This document shows, piece after piece, positions 1 through 9,619 of a stretch of 64,000 bases of DNA. Below the pieces are notes generated by a model that worked only from the letters and a program-made list of their open reading frames with translations, was not told where the DNA came from and did not search any database. Source of the DNA: an uncultured Coprobacillus sp. (lineage in GTDB: Bacteria; Bacillota_I; Bacilli_A; RFN20; CAG-826); the NCBI GenBank assembly GCA_964583155.1, contig CAZOUY010000004.1:35538-99537 (forward strand). The letters run 5' to 3'. Position 1 is the stretch's first letter. Each line of letters opens with the position of its first letter. Both the position numbers and the translations under genes were made by a program.

Positions 1-117
1 GCGGGAGTGAGCTCCAAACTGGCCACCATGCCAGAACCGGTTAAGCAAAAAATGCAACAGCTACTGAAAACCATTACCAATAAAGGTAAAGGAAATCTTA
101 TTGCCTTTGTCTTCTAA
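1..117 (+). CDS. spoIVA: Stage IV sporulation protein A, C-terminal fragment (partial, runs off window start)
   Basis: Frame 1 reads AGVSSKLATMPEPVKQKMQQLLKTITNKGKGNLIAFVF*, resembling the SpoIVA C-terminus (..KL..MPE..KL...L..I.N.G.G.LIAIIL). It sits directly upstream of HU, as spoIVA-hbs does in B. subtilis. Confidence 0.8.
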   Translation, partial: AGVSSKLATMPEPVKQKMQQLLKTITNKGKGNLIAFVF

Positions 118-139
118 AAGAGGAGAAATCCTCTTTTTT
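116..139 (+). terminator. Intrinsic terminator after spoIVA
   Basis: AAAAGAGG-agaaat-CCTCTTTT followed by a T run. Confidence 0.7.
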
Positions 140-238
140 GTTTTTATTTTCGATTTGGATGAGCGACAATTGAAGGCTTGCACTAATATAAAAATTATGA
201 TAATGTAAAATAAATTAGATTCATGGAGGAGATAAAAA

Positions 239-511
239 ATGAATAAAGTTGAGTTAGTTGATATGATTGCTAATGATGCTCATCTCACAAAAAAAGATGC
301 CACTAATGCTTTAGAAGCCATGCTCGAAGCAATGGCGGGCGCTTTATCAAAAGGTGAAGATGTTAAATTGGCGGGCTTTGGTAATTTCACGGTCAAAGAA
401 CGCGCGGCTCGTAAAGGCGTTAATCCTGCGACCGGCGAAACCATCGAAATTGCGGCGACAAAGGCCGTTGGATTTAAGGCTGCTAAAGCTCTTAAAGACA
501 AAGTTAACTAA
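239..511 (+). CDS. hup: HU family DNA-binding protein
   Basis: MNKVELV..IA, GFGNF, R.GVNPATGE.IEI motifs; 90 aa; GGAG RBS. Confidence 0.97.
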   Translation: MNKVELVDMIANDAHLTKKDATNALEAMLEAMAGALSKGEDVKLAGFGNFTVKERAARKGVNPATGETIEIAATKAVGFKAAKALKDKVN

Positions 512-519
512 TGAAAAAT

Positions 520-548
520 AAAAAAGTTGACGGAAGTCAGCTTTTTTT
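520..548 (+). terminator. Intrinsic terminator after hup
   Basis: AAAAAGTTGAC-ggaa-GTCAGCTTTTTTT. Confidence 0.75.
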
Positions 549-599
549 ATGCTTATTTTTCTTTGCCATAACATAACCTGTATCATAAGGAGAAAGCAT

Positions 600-1253
600 A
601 TGAAAATTATTTTACAGGGATATAGCGGAAAAACAGGAAATGAAATTTATCGTTTAGGAAAAGAAAGAGGATATGAGATTATCGGCGTTGATGAAGAAAT
701 ACCTCTTTGGAAGTATGAAGATCGTCATGATATCGATGCTTTAGTGGATTTTTCATCACCGAAAGGGAGTGAATATGCTTTTGATTTTGCCTATCGACAT
801 CATATTCCTTTGATTATCGGCACTACGGGAATCAATGAAGAGATAATTGAGCAATGGCATCAAAAGGCTTTAAATGGTCATTTGCCGGTTTATTTATTGG
901 AAAACTATTTACCTTCCATGGAAATAATATGCTCTTTTTTGAAGGAGTTGGATCCGTTGTTTGACAAAATTGATATTAGTGAAACACATCATGAGTCGAA
1001 AAAGGATAAGCCGAGTGGAACCGCAAAAATGCTACAAAGAAGCTTTAATAAAGATAAAAAGATTCCTATTTTATCAAATCGCGTTAAAATATATGTGTAT
1101 GAACATGAGGTTCATTTGCAAAACGACTATGAAGAAATCACGATTACTCATCATTGCCTTTCAAGAAAGGCTTATGCTGAAGGGGTTTATCAAATCATCG
1201 AGCAACTGAGTCATGATAAACGTGTTGGAATTATTCGAAAGAGAAAGGAATAA
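600..1253 (+). CDS. dapB: 4-hydroxy-tetrahydrodipicolinate reductase (DapB-like, compact)
   Basis: G.SGKTG nucleotide-binding start, VDFS, IIGTTG, E.HH..K.D.PSGTA. Start moved to ATG 600 after an AAGGAG RBS. Precedes cca as in B. subtilis. Confidence 0.85.
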   Translation: MKIILQGYSGKTGNEIYRLGKERGYEIIGVDEEIPLWKYEDRHDIDALVDFSSPKGSEYAFDFAYRHHIPLIIGTTGINEEIIEQWHQKALNGHLPVYLLENYLPSMEIICSFLKELDPLFDKIDISETHHESKKDKPSGTAKMLQRSFNKDKKIPILSNRVKIYVYEHEVHLQNDYEEITITHHCLSRKAYAEGVYQIIEQLSHDKRVGIIRKRKE

Positions 1254-1257
1254 CAAA

Positions 1258-1920
1258 ATGATTGATGCTAAATTCCTATCATTAGCGGAGCAATTTCGTA
1301 AACGGGGCTTTAACCTATATATGGTAGGGGGAACCGCGCGCGATTATCTTTTAAAGCATCCGATTATGGATATGGATTTAGCAACCGACGCCTCTCCTGA
1401 GGCGCTTATCGAAATCTTGCCGAATGCGGACAAATCCTTTTTAAATTATGGTGTGATACGCTTAAAGGAAGACGAATATCATATTGATATTGTCTCTTTT
1501 CGGCTTGAAAGCAATTATGAAGATTTTCGCCATCCTCAGAAGATCAGTTTTACTACTTCAATGATGGATGACGCCAAAAGACGCGACTTTACCATCAATG
1601 CGTTATACATTGATAGTGAGGGCCGGATATATGATTTTTATCATGGAATGGATGATTTAAATCATGGCCTTATCAGGACAATCGGCAATCCGTCTATCCG
1701 CTTTCACGAGGATCCTTTACGGATTTTGCGATGTCTGCGCTTTTCTTTAACGCTGGGATTTAATCTTGAAGAGCATACGGAGAAAGCGCTAATTGATTCT
1801 ATTCCTTTATTGGCGCATCTCAATCCGCATAAGGTGCAGGAGGAAATCACGAAAATGGAACGGATTTCGAAAACGAAGACGCAAGAAATATTGGAAAAAT
1901 ACAATATCCATTTTTCATAG
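1258..1920 (+). CDS. cca: Class II tRNA nucleotidyltransferase (CCA-adding family), short 220-aa form
   Basis: YMVGGTARD, DMDLAT, RRDFTINAL, EDPLRILRCLRF motifs; ends shortly after the body domain. Confidence 0.85.
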   Translation: MIDAKFLSLAEQFRKRGFNLYMVGGTARDYLLKHPIMDMDLATDASPEALIEILPNADKSFLNYGVIRLKEDEYHIDIVSFRLESNYEDFRHPQKISFTTSMMDDAKRRDFTINALYIDSEGRIYDFYHGMDDLNHGLIRTIGNPSIRFHEDPLRILRCLRFSLTLGFNLEEHTEKALIDSIPLLAHLNPHKVQEEITKMERISKTKTQEILEKYNIHFS

Positions 1921-1977
1921 TATATGGCACTACAATTTTCATAATTATGGTAGAATATAACAAGGGAGATGAATGGT

Positions 1978-2637
1978 ATGGAAAGCAATTTGTATAGTGG
2001 CATTGATATGCGCTATTTACTTCTAGAAAAATATAAGAAGCTGGGCATTACGGAGAATGAACTGGCGGTCCTCTTGATGATTGATCATCTTTTAAAACAG
2101 GGGAATAGTTTTATTACGCAAGAGCTTTTAGCGCTTAAAATGACCCTTTCCATTCAAGATATCGATCGGGTTTTGACTAATTTATTATCGAAAAAATTGA
2201 TTGAGTATGATAGCTCTTCGCAAGAAATGAAAACGACATTGCGTCCGCTTTGGGCACGCTTATATCGTGAATTTGAAATCGATTTTCTGAAGCATCGCGA
2301 GGAAAGCTTGGATCGGGGATTGGACGATCAGATTCAAAACATTTATAGCATTTTTGAAAAGGAATTAGCGAGGACTTTATCGCCCGCCGAATTCCAAAAA
2401 ATCAGAGAGTGGATTAGCTTCGGCTATTCTGATGAGACGATTTTGGATGCTCTTCATGAGGCACTAGATAATAATAAGCGTTCAATCAGAGCGATCGATA
2501 AAATCTTATTAAAAAAGACGACGCGCGATGATATGAAAAAAGAAGGCTATTCGGCGATTAGTGATCAGTGGGATAAAGATATCGAAAAAACGATTGCGAT
2601 TGTTTCCGAAAAATGGGTTGATCGTCATGAGGACTAA
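1978..2637 (+). CDS. dnaD: DnaD domain replication protein
   Basis: LLEKYKKLGITENE N-terminus and FEKELARTLSPAEFQKIREW DnaD motif; dnaD-nth order. Confidence 0.85.
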   Translation: MESNLYSGIDMRYLLLEKYKKLGITENELAVLLMIDHLLKQGNSFITQELLALKMTLSIQDIDRVLTNLLSKKLIEYDSSSQEMKTTLRPLWARLYREFEIDFLKHREESLDRGLDDQIQNIYSIFEKELARTLSPAEFQKIREWISFGYSDETILDALHEALDNNKRSIRAIDKILLKKTTRDDMKKEGYSAISDQWDKDIEKTIAIVSEKWVDRHED

Positions 2638-3256
2638 CGATAAGGAAAGAATACTCGCTTTTCTTAATGAGCTTTATCCGAATGTTGGCTGTGAGCTGAT
2701 CTATCATAAGGATTACGAATTATTGATTGCGGTTATGCTCAGTGCCCAAACAACCGACAAAAGTGTCAATGCGGTTACCCCTAAATTGTTTTCTTTATTT
2801 CCTTCTTTAGAAATGCTAGCGGAAGCGCCTATTGAAGAGATTGAAAAATGTATTCAATCAATCGGAATGTATCATCAAAAGGCGCGAAATGTTAAGGGTA
2901 TCGCTTCTGGATTGATAAATAGATTTCAAGGTCATGTTCCTTCATCCAAGGAGGATCTGATGTCACTTCCGGGTGTTGGAAATAAAACCGCGAATGTCGT
3001 GCGAGCTGAATTATTTCAAATTCCCGAAATAGCGGTTGATACGCACGTGGCCCGTATTTCCAAAAGACTATACTTTGCCAATGAAGATGACGATGTAGGT
3101 CAAATTGAAAAGAAGCTGCGCCAAGCTTTAGAACCTGCACTTTATATCAAGCTTCATCATCAAATGATACATTTTGGTCGTTATTTCTGTAAAGCGATTA
3201 ATCCGCAATGTATGCGATGTCAATTATCGGATATCTGCCGCTACAAAAAGAAATGA
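2627..3256 (+). CDS. nth: Endonuclease III
   Basis: LLIAVMLSAQTTD, HhH LPGVGNKTANV, VDTHV, C-terminal C-x6-C-x2-C-x5-C FeS motif. Confidence 0.95.
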   Translation: MRTNDKERILAFLNELYPNVGCELIYHKDYELLIAVMLSAQTTDKSVNAVTPKLFSLFPSLEMLAEAPIEEIEKCIQSIGMYHQKARNVKGIASGLINRFQGHVPSSKEDLMSLPGVGNKTANVVRAELFQIPEIAVDTHVARISKRLYFANEDDDVGQIEKKLRQALEPALYIKLHHQMIHFGRYFCKAINPQCMRCQLSDICRYKKK

Positions 3257-5556
3257 TATGATGTCCCTGTGACATCTTTTTTTTGTAAAAAACAGGGAAT
3301 TATTTCAATAGATAGCAGGTTGGTTTCATAAGGAAGGGTGATTTTTTGTGCCTTGGTAAACACCTCATATTCTTCCTCATCAAGCGTATATTTGATTAAA
3401 AAGCCACGTTCGCCAAATATTTTTGTGTAATCGAAAATTTCCTCATTGAGATCCTTACATTCCCATTCGATTTGCAATTCATCGCCAAGTATAAAAGCAA
3501 TCGCATTATTGATAAATGGGAAGGATGGATCGGGTAGGACATTAGTAGGTATTTCATCGGGATAAAAATATCCCGAAACCGTATAATATGCGGGAATAAA
3601 CCTATTGGGAAGATAATATCCTTGGCAGCCTTTCACCACTGTAACTTGTCTTAAAGAAGGCGGAACACTGATGTTTTGATTTTTTAAAGAGATGGTTTCC
3701 ATGACATTTTGAAATATTTTCTTCGGGATTTGGCGACGATTATCGCTCTTCGCAAAATAATGATTATCGCCCTTTTGAGCGGTATCAAAGCCACTCCAAA
3801 CCGCCATCGAATAATCATTAGAAAAACCCGCCAGCCATGAATCTTTATCAGCGGTTGAGGGATAGTTTAAGCTGGCTGCGGCCTTTTTATCATAGCCATT
3901 GGTGCCGGTTTTGGCGCCAATAGCTACATTTTTAACGCGTACTACGCCGATATGATAGTAGTCTTTATTAACCACATCAATTAACGTTGAAGCGATTTGA
4001 AAGGCGCTATTCTCGGAGACTATCTGCTTGCCACTCAATGATCTTTGATAGATGATTTCTCCGGTTTCGAGATTTCGTACATAATCGATCGTCGAGGGCT
4101 CAATATAGCAGCCCTTTCTCATAAGCATCGAATATGCCCCGGCAAGAGCGGTGGGGGATACGCCATAAGTCATCCCGCCGATACCATACGGATATGAAAA
4201 AACACCTTCATCCATCAAACCGATATCGTTTAAATAAGCTTCGGCTTTTTGCCATCCGATTTGATTGATGACTTTTTCAAGAGTATAAAGGGCGGCGGTG
4301 TTTTTGGAATAACCGAGAGCATCCACTAACGGCATATATCCGCTATAAGAATGATCGGCATTTTGGACGGTAATATTCGTATGAGGATAAGTATAAGGAG
4401 CGTCCAAAACACTGGTGGCCTCATTATAATGAAGATATTCTGCCGCTAATAGGTAGCCGAAAACCGGTTTAATAGTTGAAGCCGGTTGCCTTTTAAGAGA
4501 ATAGGCGCGGTTAAAAATGCGAGAGCCGCGATAATCTCTTCCCCCAATAACACCGACGAGAGCCCCATCGGAATTCCGGACCACGCTAGCACCGATTTGT
4601 TGATCATCATCACTGAAGGCAATGATTTTGCCATCTTGTATTAGATCTAAATGAGTTTGGAGGGAAGAGTCTAGATAGGTGTGTATTTCAAGAGGAACAT
4701 TATAAGGATCTAATCCGGTGAATTTAGCCAATTCTAAATAGACAATGTCTAAATAGCTTTGAAAACGATAGGTGGGTTCATTATAATTCTCGCCCGGGGC
4801 AATCACTAAATCCTGAACATGAACATGCTGAGCCGCCTGATGCTCATTTGGAGTAATAAATCCATATTCTAGCATTTTATCAAGAACAAGATTTTTACGG
4901 CTGTTAATTCTTTCCGGATATTTGAAGGGGTTATAGTAGCTGGCGGATTTAACTACTCCTGCTAAGATAGCGGCCTCGGGTAGGGTAATTAAGGAGACAT
5001 CTTTGCCGAAATATCGCTTGGATGCATAACGGACACCCGGAATGGATTGCTCAAAATAAACATAATTGAAATATAAGGTTAAAATTTCATTTTTTGTCAA
5101 TTCTTGCTCGATCTTTAAGGATAAATATGCTTCCTGGATTTTACGACGATAGGTTTGTTCACTACTCAAAATGGTATTTTTTATCAATTGCTGCGTAATA
5201 GTCGATCCACCTTGAGTTGAAGATGAGACCATATTGTGTAAAAAGGCCTTGAAGGTTCGACTGATATCCACCCCATGATGGTGATAAAAATTAATGTCTT
5301 CGATGCTTAGCAGGGCATTTATCAAAATGGGCGGAATGTCCTCAAAGGAAACATATTCCTCTTTCGTTTCTCCAAAGACTTCAACCACATTGCCACTTTC
5401 ATCATAGATGAGCGAACGCGGCTTATTTTCGAGGGCTTTGAAGCTGATGGAGGGAACATCTTTTAACGAATTGTAAATAAAATAGCCGGAGAAACCGGCT
5501 AATAATATCGTAAGAGCAGAAAAAGAGATCACAAGTGTTTTAATAATTTTTGTCAT
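3241..5556 (-). CDS. ponA: Class A penicillin-binding protein (PBP1A)
   Basis: N-terminal TM; transglycosylase EDxxFxxHxG, QGGSTITQQ, RKIQE; transpeptidase QPASTIK (SxxK), SKN, KTGT; downstream of recU. Confidence 0.9.
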   Translation of the reverse strand: MTKIIKTLVISFSALTILLAGFSGYFIYNSLKDVPSISFKALENKPRSLIYDESGNVVEVFGETKEEYVSFEDIPPILINALLSIEDINFYHHHGVDISRTFKAFLHNMVSSSTQGGSTITQQLIKNTILSSEQTYRRKIQEAYLSLKIEQELTKNEILTLYFNYVYFEQSIPGVRYASKRYFGKDVSLITLPEAAILAGVVKSASYYNPFKYPERINSRKNLVLDKMLEYGFITPNEHQAAQHVHVQDLVIAPGENYNEPTYRFQSYLDIVYLELAKFTGLDPYNVPLEIHTYLDSSLQTHLDLIQDGKIIAFSDDDQQIGASVVRNSDGALVGVIGGRDYRGSRIFNRAYSLKRQPASTIKPVFGYLLAAEYLHYNEATSVLDAPYTYPHTNITVQNADHSYSGYMPLVDALGYSKNTAALYTLEKVINQIGWQKAEAYLNDIGLMDEGVFSYPYGIGGMTYGVSPTALAGAYSMLMRKGCYIEPSTIDYVRNLETGEIIYQRSLSGKQIVSENSAFQIASTLIDVVNKDYYHIGVVRVKNVAIGAKTGTNGYDKKAAASLNYPSTADKDSWLAGFSNDYSMAVWSGFDTAQKGDNHYFAKSDNRRQIPKKIFQNVMETISLKNQNISVPPSLRQVTVVKGCQGYYLPNRFIPAYYTVSGYFYPDEIPTNVLPDPSFPFINNAIAFILGDELQIEWECKDLNEEIFDYTKIFGERGFLIKYTLDEEEYEVFTKAQKITLPYETNLLSIEIIPCFLQKKDVTGTSYHFFL
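3260..3284 (+). terminator. Terminator after nth (antisense to the ponA 3' end)
   Basis: GATGTC-cctgt-GACATC plus T8. Confidence 0.6.
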
Positions 5557-6148
5557 GGAAATATACCTCATCAACAACGTCTAAATATTGTAGACGGGGA
5601 GTGTAGCTTTGAGGTACTAAATGTCCAATGCTTTTAAGATCTTGAAAAGGAATAGACTTTCTTTGACCATGCAGATATTGTTCAATAATATAGTGAGCAT
5701 CCACGAGATATACTTCGTCATAAACGGCCAAATCGATTAAAAAGAAGGCGATGCCACCATGCTCAATCACACCTTGCAAATGAGTTATTTGATGGGGGGT
5801 GATGTTATGCAAAGGAAAGGATGTTTTGCTACGACAACTTTTGGCTTCGAAATCGATATACCGGCTCCGATAAACTCCATTATAATCGGTAGTGGATTGA
5901 GCTTCAAAGTAGGCATCGACAATGTGTGCGCCATGAGAATAGTCGACTTTCACAATATTAATGGGGGTTGGACGCTTAGTAATTAACGCTCTATGATTAT
6001 CGCAATAGAAGATATTACTTAAATTAATATCAGCCTCAAAGTCCATACCGCGATTGGAAGCGCTCAGTATGGTTTTATGCTTTTGGGGCTTCTCATCGAT
6101 AGGCTGATCTTTGGGGGTGGGAGCGGTACCGTTTGGGTAACGAATCAT
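5540..6148 (-). CDS. recU: Holliday junction resolvase RecU
   Basis: MIRYPNG, NRGMDFE, KRPTPI, STTDYNGVY, DFEAK motifs. Confidence 0.95.
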   Translation of the reverse strand: MIRYPNGTAPTPKDQPIDEKPQKHKTILSASNRGMDFEADINLSNIFYCDNHRALITKRPTPINIVKVDYSHGAHIVDAYFEAQSTTDYNGVYRSRYIDFEAKSCRSKTSFPLHNITPHQITHLQGVIEHGGIAFFLIDLAVYDEVYLVDAHYIIEQYLHGQRKSIPFQDLKSIGHLVPQSYTPRLQYLDVVDEVYFHDKNY

Positions 6149-6191
6149 AGATGTTTCCTCCTTACTTTCCCGTTAATATTATGAACGGAAA

Positions 6192-6917
6192 TTATTCAAT
6201 ATATGCGTGTATTAACTTCATAAAATCACTTGATGTGACGTCATGACCGTCGAGCAATTGATGAACAACGGTTTTGATCGGTAGTGGCAGGGCTTTCCAA
6301 TTTTTGAGAGTTTTTTGATATAGCATGAATATGACTTCGGTTTGAGTCATCATCGCCTCATATAATAGCATCAAATGATGGGCATCAGTTAAAGGATCAT
6401 GAGGAGCGCCGATTAAGGAAATGTTAAATATTTCCAGACAATGAATCAACGATAACGGATTTCCGTTTTCATCACGCACAAACTGTGAAAATGTCGCGGA
6501 TAAATCGATGGTGTTTTTTAAGATGTAATTGCAAAATGAAAGATCAGCATCGTTAGAGGCCTCCATGGATTTGGCGATAATTCGTAAATCATGGGATCCG
6601 AAGGTCATGAAGACCGTCCGCGATAAAAAATGACCACAATATCTTCGAAGCTTTTTCATTGCATCTTTAAACGATATTCCTTGCTGCTCGAGAGTCTTTT
6701 CATCGATTCCTGTTAAGTTTTTAACGATTCTTCCGATAGAATGATGGGCTTTGACATATAATTTGAGCCCTTCATATCGTTTTTTGATTTGAAAATGCCG
6801 ATCAAGGTCAACGCGAATTGCGCCAAGGGCAATCATCTCATGTGAGAATTGGGTTCCTTCTAAATCCAAAAATATAATGGTTCTTTTTTTGCCTATTTGC
6901 TTCTGTAAACTCTTCAA
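6192..6917 (-). CDS. DEDDh 3'-5' exonuclease (KapD/ERI1-like)
   Basis: FLDLEGTQ (ExoI), D in ExoII, HDPLTDA (ExoIII); TTG start. Confidence 0.75.
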   Translation of the reverse strand: MKSLQKQIGKKRTIIFLDLEGTQFSHEMIALGAIRVDLDRHFQIKKRYEGLKLYVKAHHSIGRIVKNLTGIDEKTLEQQGISFKDAMKKLRRYCGHFLSRTVFMTFGSHDLRIIAKSMEASNDADLSFCNYILKNTIDLSATFSQFVRDENGNPLSLIHCLEIFNISLIGAPHDPLTDAHHLMLLYEAMMTQTEVIFMLYQKTLKNWKALPLPIKTVVHQLLDGHDVTSSDFMKLIHAYIE

Positions 6918-6982
6918 AAATCAACACCAGACTTCCTACTTTTTTTATTATAGCATAATTAGAAAAATCATTCCTCAAAACT

Positions 6983-7009
6983 CACCGCGTTTTATTAATC
7001 GCATATATA
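6983..7009 (+). promoter_or_regulatory. Candidate sigma-K (late mother cell) promoter
   Basis: cACc at 6983-6986 with 16 nt from AC to CATATATA at 7002, matching the B. subtilis sigK consensus AC-N16/17-CATANNNT; lies before a Cys-rich coat-like gene. Confidence 0.45.
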
Positions 7010-7049
7010 TAATTGAACTCCATTTGGAGGGAAGAATGTAGGTGATAAA

Positions 7050-7523
7050 ATGAGAAATAGACGCTGTTGCTGTTGCCCAGAGGTTAGACCGCAGATGCCT
7101 AATTGTGGTGTGGATGTAACGCTGGATTCAAATGTCCATTGCACCCGCGTTTGCGAAACCATACACTATACTGTCACTATTGCGAACAATACATGCATGA
7201 CGTTAAACTGTGTAACGCTCGATCTTAATGTTAATCCTTCATTGTGCATTGATCCTGATCATATTACGGTGAATGGAACATTAGTAGAAAATGCTGATCC
7301 TAATTGTATTAATATTGGAACGATATGTGCGGGAGAAAATACAGTTGTTACCTTCTGTGCCACGGTCATGGAATGCAAACGCTATATTCGTTCTAAAGTA
7401 ATTGCAAACTATATGGTTTGTTGTTGTTTAGAGCCTCGCTGTGTCACAACACCGAGCAATATTGATTGTGTGCAAGTGTGCTGTTGCTGTGGTTGCTGTT
7501 GCAACAATCAACATCATGATTAA
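7050..7523 (+). CDS. Cysteine-rich DUF11-like protein, probable spore coat/exosporium component
   Basis: 26 Cys in 157 aa with poly-Cys ends; central I.YTVTI.N...ITVNG...INIGTI..GE..VVTF.A.V pattern typical of DUF11 repeats. Confidence 0.6.
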   Translation: MRNRRCCCCPEVRPQMPNCGVDVTLDSNVHCTRVCETIHYTVTIANNTCMTLNCVTLDLNVNPSLCIDPDHITVNGTLVENADPNCINIGTICAGENTVVTFCATVMECKRYIRSKVIANYMVCCCLEPRCVTTPSNIDCVQVCCCCGCCCNNQHHD

Positions 7524-7531
7524 TCTTTTCT

Positions 7532-7560
7532 AAGGACTGTAAATACAGTCCTTTCTTTTT
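7532..7560 (+). terminator. Intrinsic terminator
   Basis: AAGGACTGT-aaat-ACAGTCCTT then TCTTTTT. Confidence 0.75.
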
Positions 7561-7634
7561 TTATAAAACGTTGGTTTTAGTTGTTTCTTGAGCCTATTTA
7601 CGATATAATACAATCAATGGAAGGAATGCACGCC

Positions 7635-8087
7635 ATGAAACTAAAGTACTCAGCAAAAAAAATTGCCAAACAACAATTCACCGGTGTGGAAAAGGGCTAT
7701 GAGCCCTTGGAGGTTGATGAATTCTTAGATGGCATTATCGAGGATTACTTGAAGATTGATGGTTTGGTTAAAGAATTAGATACGGCTCTTCAAGAGAATA
7801 AGGAACAATTAAGCACAATTGAAAGCCTAAATAAACAAATTCAATCTTTCCAAGAACGCATTAAAGAATTAGACGACTTGCGCATTCAAGCACAGACAGA
7901 GCTCGCTTTTCAAAAAAGTCGAATTGAGAAGGCCTTAGGAAATTTTCGGGGCTTTGATTCATCAATCGATGAATTGAACTATATTAAAGCCCTCGAAACG
8001 GAATTGGTGCAATTAGGTGGCGATCCGGATAAATGCCGTAAGCATCTGTACAAGAAGTCTATTGACCTTTCACGAATTAAAAAATAA
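7635..8087 (+). CDS. gpsB: GpsB/DivIVA family cell-cycle protein
   Basis: AKKI..QQF....KGYEPLEVDEFLD.II.DY DivIVA N-terminus followed by coiled coil; directly before rnpB. Confidence 0.85.
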   Translation: MKLKYSAKKIAKQQFTGVEKGYEPLEVDEFLDGIIEDYLKIDGLVKELDTALQENKEQLSTIESLNKQIQSFQERIKELDDLRIQAQTELAFQKSRIEKALGNFRGFDSSIDELNYIKALETELVQLGGDPDKCRKHLYKKSIDLSRIKK

Positions 8088-8431
8088 ATATTCGATCCGG
8101 ATAATTGCTGGTGCTTCGGCATTAGAGGAAAGTCCATGCTCGCACCATCTGTGATGATGGTAGTGTTTGTGCTAGCGGAAAAAATAACGCTAGGTATATG
8201 GGAGCATATAACGGCGGATAGAGACCTAAGTCCTAGGATATGGTGGATATCCTGAAAGTGCCACAGTGACGTAGTTTATTGGAAACAATAAAGTGGAACG
8301 CGGTAAACCCCGCAAGCGAGAAACCCAAATTTGGTAGGGGAAGTTGTCTGAAAGAAACGAATGGAAGACAACATGCGAAACGCATAGATAAATAGTTATC
8401 CTAGACAAAACATGGCTTATAGGATCGAATA
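8088..8431 (+). ncRNA. rnpB: RNase P RNA, bacterial type B
   Basis: GAGGAAAGTCCATGCTCGCAC, GAAAGTGCCACAGTGACG, GTGGAACGCGGTAAACCCC, GAAACCCAAATTTGGTAGGGGAA and ACAAAACATGGCTTA conserved segments; P1 TATTCGATCC/GGATCGAATA. Confidence 0.97.
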
Positions 8432-8450
8432 CTCATTAAGGGAGGAAAAG

Positions 8451-9101
8451 ATGAATTTACCAAATAAGATTACAACTTTTCGAATGGTAATGGTGGGCGT
8501 TATCTTTATACTCTTGTTGGTACCTAGCTTTATCGGGAATAGCGGACCAATGATTGATATCTACAAAAACGGCCAAGTTATTTCACAGTTGAGTGTCATC
8601 AATTTAGTTATTTGTGGCCTTTTTTTGATTGCTAGCTTTTCAGATTATTTTGATGGGCATTTGGCACGAAAATATAACTTAGTAACCACTTATGGAAAAT
8701 TTATGGATCCGATTGCGGATAAATTATTGGTCGATACCGTTTTATTGTTCTTTGTTCTACCTATGAGTAGTCATGGCTTTGCGTTTAAAGGTGAAACAGG
8801 GGTTCCGATGGTTGTGTGCATTTTGATGATTGCCCGTGACTTGGTGGTTGACGCCATTAGATTGATTTCCATGGAAAAAAGGGTGGTTGTAGCCGCAAAT
8901 AAAATCGGCAAAGTCAAAACGGTTTTGCAAATGATTGCTTTAACTTGTGTGCTGCTTAATAATTGGCCCTTCGTCTATTTGGAGCTTCCATTTAATATGA
9001 CAAATGTCTTGTGCTATCTGGCTGGCGTGGTATCTCTCATTTCAGGGGTTACTTATTTATTGAATAGTCGGAAAGTATTTGAGGATTCGAAGGATGATTG
9101 A
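8451..9101 (+). CDS. pgsA: CDP-diacylglycerol--glycerol-3-phosphate 3-phosphatidyltransferase
   Basis: MNLPNKITTFR, SDYFDGHLAR...GKFMDPIADK motif. Confidence 0.95.
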   Translation: MNLPNKITTFRMVMVGVIFILLLVPSFIGNSGPMIDIYKNGQVISQLSVINLVICGLFLIASFSDYFDGHLARKYNLVTTYGKFMDPIADKLLVDTVLLFFVLPMSSHGFAFKGETGVPMVVCILMIARDLVVDAIRLISMEKRVVVAANKIGKVKTVLQMIALTCVLLNNWPFVYLELPFNMTNVLCYLAGVVSLISGVTYLLNSRKVFEDSKDD

Positions 9102-9582
9102 AAAAGATTTGGTTGATATTTTAAAAAAGCATAACTTGACGATTGGATCTATCGAATCATTTACCGGCGGTCTTTTTGCCTCGACGCTCACAAATGTCCC
9201 CGGAGCCTCAAAGGTCTACTTGGGATCGATAGTCACTTATGCGACCGATATGAAGATTAAACTTCTAGGAGTGGATAATCTGACAATTGCTTCCTATGGG
9301 GTTGTTTCTAAAGAGGTGGCCCGGGAAATGGCGGAAAAGGGACGCCAAAAATTAGGGGTCGATATTTGTGTATCCTTTACGGGAAATGCCGGACCTGGCA
9401 CATTGGATAATTTGCCTGTTGGTCGTGTGTGTATGGCCATTGCGGCATCGTCTAAAACATTATCCTACGAGGTCCAGATTGAGGCGCATGACCGACAAAG
9501 AGTGCGCGAATTAGCGGTCGAAAGCGTTATGAAGTGGGTTATTGAATATATTCGTCAAGAAACGAATATGTTAGGTAAATAA
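9094..9582 (+). CDS. cinA: CinA C-terminal domain protein (NMN deamidase family)
   Basis: [27 protein letters not shown]; sits between pgsA and recA; C-terminal domain only. Confidence 0.85.
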   Translation: MIEKDLVDILKKHNLTIGSIESFTGGLFASTLTNVPGASKVYLGSIVTYATDMKIKLLGVDNLTIASYGVVSKEVAREMAEKGRQKLGVDICVSFTGNAGPGTLDNLPVGRVCMAIAASSKTLSYEVQIEAHDRQRVRELAVESVMKWVIEYIRQETNMLGK

Positions 9583-9619
9583 AAGATTAAAACGTATTAA
9601 TTATGAAGGGAGAATTATT

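Noticed and set aside
496-504. GACAAAGT matches inside hup and the HAD gene (48273) as more copies of the repeated element
   Set aside because: Only 8-9 nt, within coding sequence, with no flanking similarity; expected by chance
3241-3256. Convergent 16-bp overlap of nth and ponA
   Set aside because: Short tail-to-tail overlaps are common in compact genomes
8226-8408. 60-aa minus-strand ORF, and the 8412 extension of pgsA
   Set aside because: Both overlap the RNase P RNA gene and are shadow frames
9560-9575. CGAATATGTTAG before recA as a LexA (Cheo) box
   Set aside because: The half-sites are only 2 nt apart rather than GAAC-N4-GTTC, so it does not fit the consensus
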